24,000 nt of DNA from an uncultured Actinomycetota bacterium. Lineage in GTDB: Bacteria > Actinomycetota > Actinomycetes > Propionibacteriales > Nocardioidaceae. The notes under the pieces are model-generated. The model made no database searches, had not been told where the DNA came from, and saw only the letters and a list, made by a program, of their open reading frames with translations. Location of the stretch: contig CAVUEG010000001.1 in NCBI GenBank assembly GCA_963740525.1, forward strand, positions 148,159 through 172,158, given 5' to 3'. Both the position numbers and the translations under genes were made by a program. Position 1 is the first letter of the stretch, and each line of letters starts with the position of its first letter. Positions 9,186 to 14,653 of this stretch are shown here, piece after piece.

Positions 9186-10123
9186 AACAGTGCCGACGCG
9201 AGCGCCTGACGACCCTTGAGGACCCTCGGGTCGTCGTTGCCGACGGCCGCGAAGAGCCCGAGCAGGTGGTTGCGGGCGGCGTCGCGGTCGGCGTCGGTGG
9301 TACGACGCACCAGGTCGACGAGCCGCTTGAAGGCGTCGTCGACGTGCCCTCCGAGCAGGTCGAGGTCAGCCACCAGGATCTGGGCCTCGACGTCGTCGGG
9401 GTTCTCCGCGGCGGCGGACCGCGCGGCGGTCAGGTCGACCCCCTGCGTGCGCTGGAGCACCTTGGCCATCGCGAGACCGCCCGAGGCCTCGGTGTCGGCG
9501 GGGTTGCCGTCGACAAGCTTCTGGTACTCCGCGACGGCACGGTCGATGTCGCCTGCCTCGAGCGCATCCTGGGCCGGCTGGTAGCGCGGGTCGACCAGGT
9601 CCTCGGCTGCCACGTCCTCGTCGGTCGCGGCCGCGACGGTCCTCGGCTGGTGCCGCGCCGTCACGCCCTGGGCGGTGACCTGCTGCATGACCGAGGTCAG
9701 CGCGGTGCGGAGCTCCTCGAGGGGAGCCACCTGCTGGAACAGCGGCATGGGACGGCCGTCCATCACCAGCGCCACCATCGGGATCGACGGGATCTGCATC
9801 GCCTGCGCGATCTGGGCCGCCTCGTCGACGTCGATCCGGCCGAGCAGGAACCGCCCTTCGAACTCCTCCGACAGGGTCTGCAGGTCGTCGGCCAGGGTCA
9901 GACTTTCGGGCATCTTCGCCGCTGAATAGAAGACGAGCATCACCGGCGCGGTCATCGAGCTCTCCAGCACGGCCTGGAAGTTCTGCTCGGTGACGGTCAC
10001 GGCGTACGACCCGGTGGCTCCCCCAGCGCCGGCAGCACCCTGCCCCTGCGTGGCCGAGGGAGCGGGCTGCCGGAGAGCGGAGAGGTCGAAGGCGCCGGGA
10101 CGGGAGAACGGTTGCTGCGTCAT
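9182..10123 (-). CDS. Thioredoxin-fold plus TPR-like C-terminal domain protein (YbbN/CnoX-type co-chaperone), no CXXC motif, 313 aa
   Basis: The N-terminal half has a thioredoxin-like layout (VTEQNFQAVLESSMTAPVMLVFYSAAKMPESLTL...IPSIPMVALVMDGRP), with SAAKMPES where WCGPC would sit. The C-terminal half is helical-repeat and Ala/Asp-rich, like YbbN. AGGA lies 7 nt upstream of ATG 10123. Confidence 0.7.
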   Translation of the reverse strand: MTQQPFSRPGAFDLSALRQPAPSATQGQGAAGAGGATGSYAVTVTEQNFQAVLESSMTAPVMLVFYSAAKMPESLTLADDLQTLSEEFEGRFLLGRIDVDEAAQIAQAMQIPSIPMVALVMDGRPMPLFQQVAPLEELRTALTSVMQQVTAQGVTARHQPRTVAAATDEDVAAEDLVDPRYQPAQDALEAGDIDRAVAEYQKLVDGNPADTEASGGLAMAKVLQRTQGVDLTAARSAAAENPDDVEAQILVADLDLLGGHVDDAFKRLVDLVRRTTDADRDAARNHLLGLFAAVGNDDPRVLKGRQALASALF

Positions 10124-10132
10124 GCCCCAATC

Positions 10133-11351
10133 CTAGGGATCGCCCGCGAGCCCCAGCGCCAGGGCCTCCTCCCACAGCTCCTCACGCACGGCGGGGTGCG
10201 CGGAGCGCTCGATCAGCTGCCTGGCCTGGGCTCGCTGGTCGTGGCCGTAGATCTCGGCCGTGCCCTGCTCGGTCACGACCGCCGACATCTGGAAGGAGGT
10301 CACCGGCTCGTCCACCATGGGCACGATCGTCGAGCAGTCCGCCTTCGGATGCCACGACCGCAGGGCGATCAAGGCCTGGCCCCCGGCGCTGTGCAGGGCA
10401 CCGACGATGAAGTCGGTCTGCCCGCCGAAGCCGGAGTGGATGCGGGCGTTGATCCGTGAGGCGTTGGCCTGTCCGAAGAGGTCCACCTGGAGCGCCGTGT
10501 TGATGCTGGTCATCGCCGGGTTGCCCGCGATCAGGGCCGGGTCGTTGGTCTTCTCGGTCCGCTGCATCAGCACCCGGTCGTTGCCGTCGACCCAGGCCAG
10601 CAGCTCGGGGGACCCGAACACGAACGACGTCACGACCGGGACGTCGGGGTCGAGCGCACCCGCGCGTTCGAGTTCCAGCACGCTGTCGCTGAACATCTCC
10701 GTCCAGATCCGCAGCCCCCGCCGCCCGCTCAGACCACGCATGGTGGCGTCCGGGACCGCCCCGATCCCGGCCTGGAGCGTGGCGCCGTCCGGGACCCGGC
10801 CCGCGACCTGGGCGCCGATCTCGGCCGCGGTCTCGTCGACCGGCACGGGCGGAGCGTCGGCCAGTGGCTCGTCGGCCTCGACGAGCAGGTCGATGTCCCG
10901 CACCGGCACCAGAGCGTCCCCCCGGGTGAAGGGCAGGTTCCGGTTCACCTGGGCCACGACCCGGCCTCCGCGTCGGCGTACCGCGTCCAGAGCGGCCGGG
11001 GAGCACGTTGACCTCGACTCCCAGGGAGACCATCCCGTCACGGGGCGGCGTGGTGTGCACGAGGACGAGGTCGGGAGGCTGGTGGGCCGCGAAGAGCCGG
11101 GGAACCATCGAGAGCCGTGCCGGGACGTAGCTCAGCCGCGGGCTCCGGCGCATGCCCGGGCCGACGAACGGCGTCTCGAGCACGACGCCCTCGCGGTCCG
11201 GCACGCCGACCTGGGCGTTGAGCATCCAGAGGCGGTACTCGTCCAGACCCTGGTCGAGCAGCCGGAGCGTGTGCCACGGCGTCGCGTGGTTGCCGGTGAC
11301 GACCAGACGCGGGTTAGCCGGCAGGGACGCGAGCACGCTGGTCAGATCCAC
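10133..11351 (-). pseudogene. Acetyl-CoA hydrolase/transferase family enzyme (4-hydroxybutyrate/butyryl-CoA:acetate CoA-transferase-like), one frame break near 10996
   Basis: The N-terminal ~117 aa lie in the frame of GTG 11351 (MDLTSVLASLPANPRLVVTGNHATPWHTLRLL...RDGMVSLGVEVNVLP). The rest lies in the frame of ORF 10133..11041 (AALDAVRRRGGRVVAQVNRNLPFTRGDA...SGFGGQTDFIVGA...). The junction on the minus strand reads gtgctccccGGccgct, which looks like one extra base in a C/G run. Length is 1219 nt, which is 1 mod 3. Confidence 0.8.
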
Positions 11352-11355
11352 CCGA

Positions 11356-11416
11356 CGAGTATCGCGGCAACCGGCAGGCCGCGGGGGGTCAGAAGCGGGC
11401 AGGCTCGCGATACTCG
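11356..11416. repeat. 11-bp perfect inverted repeat (CGAGTATCGCG / CGCGATACTCG) with a 39-nt spacer, spanning the icmA stop codon and ending 4 nt before the CoA-transferase GTG
   Basis: Read directly: 11356-11366 is the reverse complement of 11406-11416. The spacer contains a GGCAGGC direct repeat. Confidence 0.5.
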
Positions 11417-13134
11417 CCCCACTCGGCGCGGAGTACGTCGCAGATCTCGCCCAACGTCGCCTCGGCGCGGCAGGCGTCGAGCATCGCCGGGATCATGTTG
11501 TCGGTCGTGCGGGCCGCGTCGATCAGGCGCCCCAGGGCCTCGTCGACGACGGCCTGGTCGCGGGACTCGCGGCGCTGGGCGAGGTCGCGCACCTGGTCGA
11601 CCTCGACCTCGTGGCTCACCCGCAGGATCTCCAGGTCGTGGGTGACCGAGGCGGTGTGGCAGTTGACGCCGACCACCTTCTTGTCGCCCTTCTCGAGGCC
11701 GATCTGGTACTGGAAGGCGGCCTCGGCGATCTCGGACATGAACCAGCCGTCCTCGATGCCGCGCAGGATCCCCTTGGTCATCGGCCATGCGTTGGCCGTG
11801 CGCGCCTGCTGTCCGGCGCTCTCGCGCACCTGCTCGGCGAGCGTGGCGTGGTCGGAGGCGGAGGTCGTGGACCCACCCATGGACAGGATCTTGTCGAAGA
11901 TCTCGTAAGCCTCGGCCTCGATCTTGTCCGTCAGCGCCTCGACGTACCAGGAGCCGCCGAGCGGGTCGGCCACGTTGACGACGCCGGTCTCCTCCATGAT
12001 CACCTGCTGGGTGCGCAGGGCGATCTCCGCGGCCTGCTCGGACGGCAGCGCCAGCGTCTCGTCGAGGGCGTTGGTGTGCAGTGAGTTCGTCCCACCGAGC
12101 ACGGCGGCGAGCGCCTCGATGCCGGTGCGGACCACGTTGTTGTAGGGCTGCTGCGCGGTCAGCGATACACCCGCGGTCTGGGTGTGGAAGCGCAGCCACT
12201 GTGCCTTCTCGGTCTTGGCGCCGTACACGTCGCGCAGCCAGTGCGCCCAGATCCGCCGGGCGGCACGGAACTTCGCGATCTCCTCGAAGAAGTCGAGGTG
12301 GCTGTCGAAGAAGAAGCTGAGCCCGGGTGCGAACAGGTCGACGTCCAGCCCGCGCGAGAGGCCGAGCTCGACGTACCCGAAGCCGTCGGCGAGCGTGAAC
12401 GCCAGCTCCTGCGCGGCCGTGGAGCCGGCCTCACGGATGTGATAGCCCGAGACCGACAGCGGCTTGTACGCCGGGATCTTCTCGACGCAGTACTCCATCA
12501 GGTCACCGATCAGCCGCAGGTGCGGCTCGGGGGTGAACAGCCACTCCTTCTGGGCGATGTACTCCTTGAAGATGTCGGTCTGCAAGGTGCCGTTGAGCGT
12601 CGAGGTGTCCACCCCGGCCCGCTCGGCGGCGACGATCATCATGCAGAAGACCGGGACGGCAGGGCCGCTGATCGTCATCGAGGTGGTGACCTGACCCAGG
12701 TCGATCCCATCGAAGAGCGTCTCCATGTCGGCCGCGGTGTCGACGGCGACGCCACAGTGCCCGACCTCGCCGAGCGACTGCGGGTCGTCGGAGTCGCGGC
12801 CCATCAGCGTCGGCATGTCGAACGCCACCGACAGGCCGCCGCCGCCGCGCCCCAGGATCATCCGGTAGCGCTCGTTGGTCTGCTGGGCGTTGCCGAAGCC
12901 CGCGAACTGGCGGATCGTCCAGGTGCGTCCGCGGTAGCCGGTGGGGTAGAGCCCGCGCGTGAACGGGAACTCGCCCGGCCACTCGCCGGAGCCGTCCTCC
13001 GGCCCGTACGCCGGCTCGACCTCCATGCCCGAGAGGGTGGTGAAGTCGGCCTTGCGGACCCGGGAGGCCGCGTAGCGCTGCTCCCAACGCTCGCGTGCCG
13101 TGCCGCTGTCCGTGCTGGGAACCTGGTCTGCCAT
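11389..13134 (-). CDS. icmA: Acyl-CoA mutase large (substrate-binding) subunit with isobutyryl-CoA mutase signature, 581 aa, no B12-binding domain
   Basis: ATG at 13134 starts the product (MADQVPSTDSGTARERWEQRY...). The methylmalonyl-CoA mutase family TIM-barrel domain is present throughout. TWTIRQFAGFGNAQQTNERY has Phe77 (codon 12906-12904) where methylmalonyl-CoA mutase has Tyr. TLQTDIFKEYIAQKEW has Gln195 (codon 12552-12550) where it has Arg. The protein ends without a DxHxxG B12 domain. The ORF-track extension to 13698 overlaps marR and was rejected. Confidence 0.85.
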   Translation of the reverse strand: MADQVPSTDSGTARERWEQRYAASRVRKADFTTLSGMEVEPAYGPEDGSGEWPGEFPFTRGLYPTGYRGRTWTIRQFAGFGNAQQTNERYRMILGRGGGGLSVAFDMPTLMGRDSDDPQSLGEVGHCGVAVDTAADMETLFDGIDLGQVTTSMTISGPAVPVFCMMIVAAERAGVDTSTLNGTLQTDIFKEYIAQKEWLFTPEPHLRLIGDLMEYCVEKIPAYKPLSVSGYHIREAGSTAAQELAFTLADGFGYVELGLSRGLDVDLFAPGLSFFFDSHLDFFEEIAKFRAARRIWAHWLRDVYGAKTEKAQWLRFHTQTAGVSLTAQQPYNNVVRTGIEALAAVLGGTNSLHTNALDETLALPSEQAAEIALRTQQVIMEETGVVNVADPLGGSWYVEALTDKIEAEAYEIFDKILSMGGSTTSASDHATLAEQVRESAGQQARTANAWPMTKGILRGIEDGWFMSEIAEAAFQYQIGLEKGDKKVVGVNCHTASVTHDLEILRVSHEVEVDQVRDLAQRRESRDQAVVDEALGRLIDAARTTDNMIPAMLDACRAEATLGEICDVLRAEWGEYREPARF

Positions 13135-13141
13135 GGACCAA

Positions 13142-13159
13142 TAGTAGGACGTCCTACTA
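13142..13159. promoter_or_regulatory. Perfect 18-bp palindrome TAGTAGGAC|GTCCTACTA in the 32-bp marR-icmA gap; candidate MarR operator overlapping a -10-like TACTAT
   Basis: Read directly. On the minus strand the gap reads TAG(marR stop)-gagaaacTAGTAGGACGTCCTACTAttggtccATG. TACTAT (plus-strand 13141-13146) lies 6 nt before the icmA ATG, and no Shine-Dalgarno sequence is near the ATG. Another TCCTACT copy lies at 13165-13171. Confidence 0.45.
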
Positions 13160-13166
13160 GTTTCTC

Positions 13167-13757
13167 CTACTGGGCGTCCTCGGCGGAGCCGTCGCGACCG
13201 GCGGGGCCCGAGGTGTCGCCGGTCGAGCCCACCGGGCCCTGCGGGGCGGCCTCGAAGTCGCCGACGGCTTCCCGGACCGGCCTGAGCAGGGCGGAGAGCG
13301 AGCCGAGCTGTTCTGAGGAGAGCGTGCCGAGCGCGAACCTCGCGGTGACCAGATCGGCGGTCGCCGCCTCGACGAGCGCCCGGCCCGTGGACGTGATCCC
13401 GGCCAGCACCGCCCGCCCGTCCTGCGGATGGCGGCGCCGCTCGACCAGCCCCGCGGCCTCGAGCCGGTCGATGATCGAGGTGATGGACGTCGGGTGCACC
13501 TGGAGCCGCTCCCCCATCTTGCCCAGCGGCAGCTCGCCGGCCCGCGAGAAGGTGAGCAGCACCAGCGCCTCGTAGCGGGCGAAGGTCAGCCCGTGCGGCC
13601 TGAGGATCTCGTCGAGCTGGGCCAGGACGAGCTGCTGGACCCGCATCAGGGAGGTCACGGCATGCATCTGCTCGACCGCTCCCCAGCGCTGGCCCCACTG
13701 CCTTGCCGCCTCGTCGATCGGGTCGAACGGCAGTGTGCGTCGCTGCTTGCCCGGCAT
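13167..13757 (-). CDS. MarR family transcriptional regulator, 196 aa
   Basis: The winged-helix MarR pattern is present (LTFARYEALVLLTFSRAGELPLGKMGERLQVHPTSITSIIDRLEAAGLVERRRHPQDGRAVLAGITSTGRAL). The C-terminal tail is Gly/Ser/Pro-rich. Confidence 0.85.
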   Translation of the reverse strand: MPGKQRRTLPFDPIDEAARQWGQRWGAVEQMHAVTSLMRVQQLVLAQLDEILRPHGLTFARYEALVLLTFSRAGELPLGKMGERLQVHPTSITSIIDRLEAAGLVERRRHPQDGRAVLAGITSTGRALVEAATADLVTARFALGTLSSEQLGSLSALLRPVREAVGDFEAAPQGPVGSTGDTSGPAGRDGSAEDAQ

Positions 13758-13776
13758 GTCGCCAGACCCTACTGCC

Positions 13777-14340
13777 TCAGCGGACCTCGTTGCCGATATC
13801 CGGTACGGCGTGATGCAGGCCGGCGCGACCCCGGAGCCCGGCCTGTTGGACCTGCTCCTGGATCTGCAGGTCGAGCTGGTCCGGAGACGGCACGAACCTG
13901 ATCTCGCGCAGACCCTGCTCCTGCGCGGCCGACTCGAAGACGAAGTGGCCGTAGCCGAGCAGCCTGCCCAGCATCGGCTTGCGGACGGTGATGTCGAGCA
14001 CCCGCGAGAGCGGCATCGTCGCGGCCGACTGGCCGAAGACGCCCCGGACGCGGAACGCCCTCATGTTGGTGAGCACGAAGCGGTCCATGTGCTCGTTGAG
14101 GGCCTTCCAGCCGGCCCACAGCATGACGACCGCGCCGATCGTGAGGAACAGCCACCCGGTCGCGAGGCTCACGAAGAACCCGCCCAGCAGGACCGCGAAG
14201 CCGACCAAGGCGATCAGCGACGGGACGATGTAGACCACCCAGTGGTGTCTCACGTCCTCGACGAGGGTCTCGTCGAGGTGGCGCAGCAGCCGCTCACTGA
14301 CCCGCGGGCTGGCGTAGCGGCGCCACAGCCAGGCGAACAC
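13777..14340 (-). CDS. Membrane protein with two TM helices followed by a bacterial PH (bPH_2/YdbS-like) domain, 187 aa
   Basis: It starts at GTG 14340. HHWVVYIVPSLIALVGFAVLLGGFFVSLATGWLFLTIGAVVMLWAGW forms two TM segments. The following FVLTNMRAFRVRGVFGQSAATMPLSRVLDITVRKPMLGRLLGYGHFVFES matches the typical bPH architecture. The assignment comes from recalled family architecture only. Confidence 0.6.
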   Translation of the reverse strand: MFAWLWRRYASPRVSERLLRHLDETLVEDVRHHWVVYIVPSLIALVGFAVLLGGFFVSLATGWLFLTIGAVVMLWAGWKALNEHMDRFVLTNMRAFRVRGVFGQSAATMPLSRVLDITVRKPMLGRLLGYGHFVFESAAQEQGLREIRFVPSPDQLDLQIQEQVQQAGLRGRAGLHHAVPDIGNEVR

Positions 14341-14346
14341 GTCGAC

Positions 14347-14514
14347 CTACGAGACGAGGGCGTTGAGGAAGTCGATCACGGCCTTGAAGAACTGGGTGGC
14401 GAGCTTCCAGATCGCGGATCCGCCGTTGCTCGCGACGTCCGCCAGGCCGACCGGCTCGGTCAGCAGGTAGAAGCCGATGAACAGAACCACGACGATGATC
14501 GCGGCCTTCTTCAT
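14347..14514 (-). CDS. Small hydrophobic protein, 55 aa (below the ORF-track length cutoff)
   Basis: I translated it by hand: MKKAAIIVVVLFIGFYLLTEPVGLADVASNGGSAIWKLATQFFKAVIDFLNALVS, ending at TAG 14349-14347. GGAGGAG sits 6 nt upstream of ATG 14514. Third codon positions are strongly G/C. It has one N-terminal TM helix. Its stop is 6 nt before the GTG of the PH-domain gene. Confidence 0.55.
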   Translation of the reverse strand: MKKAAIIVVVLFIGFYLLTEPVGLADVASNGGSAIWKLATQFFKAVIDFLNALVS

Positions 14515-14653
14515 GGCGTGCTCCTCCAGCGGGGGATAGGGGGCAGGCGCAACCGACGTACGCCGTCACCTTGTTTGTAGCAAAGCCTCGCCGTCGATCC
14601 GTGGAGGCGCGCTGGCCGGGCGTGCCCGCGTGAGCAGGACCACACCCCCACGA

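Noticed and set aside
8615-9925. 436-aa plus-strand ORF overlapping the heliorhodopsin 3' half (other frame) and the YbbN-like gene (antisense)
   Set aside because: It is out of frame with the clearly conserved heliorhodopsin motifs. The translation is Arg/Gly/Pro-rich nonsense.
10260-11645. 461-aa plus-strand ORF opposite the CoA-transferase and the icmA 3' end
   Set aside because: It is a GC-shadow ORF with a Ser/Arg/Pro/Thr-rich low-complexity translation.
12184-13575. 463-aa plus-strand ORF opposite icmA and marR
   Set aside because: It is a GC-shadow ORF that spans two well-supported minus-strand genes and their intergenic palindrome. It has no family resemblance.
13135-13698. 188-codon N-terminal extension of the icmA ORF
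   Set aside because: It would read through the palindrome and overlap marR out of frame. Mutase homology starts at ATG 13134.
13768-13774. CCTACTG half-site copy just upstream of the marR start as an autoregulatory operator
   Set aside because: It is a single 6-7-mer. I estimate several chance occurrences of CCTACT per 24 kb, and I saw others inside coding regions, for example near 1164 and 4388.
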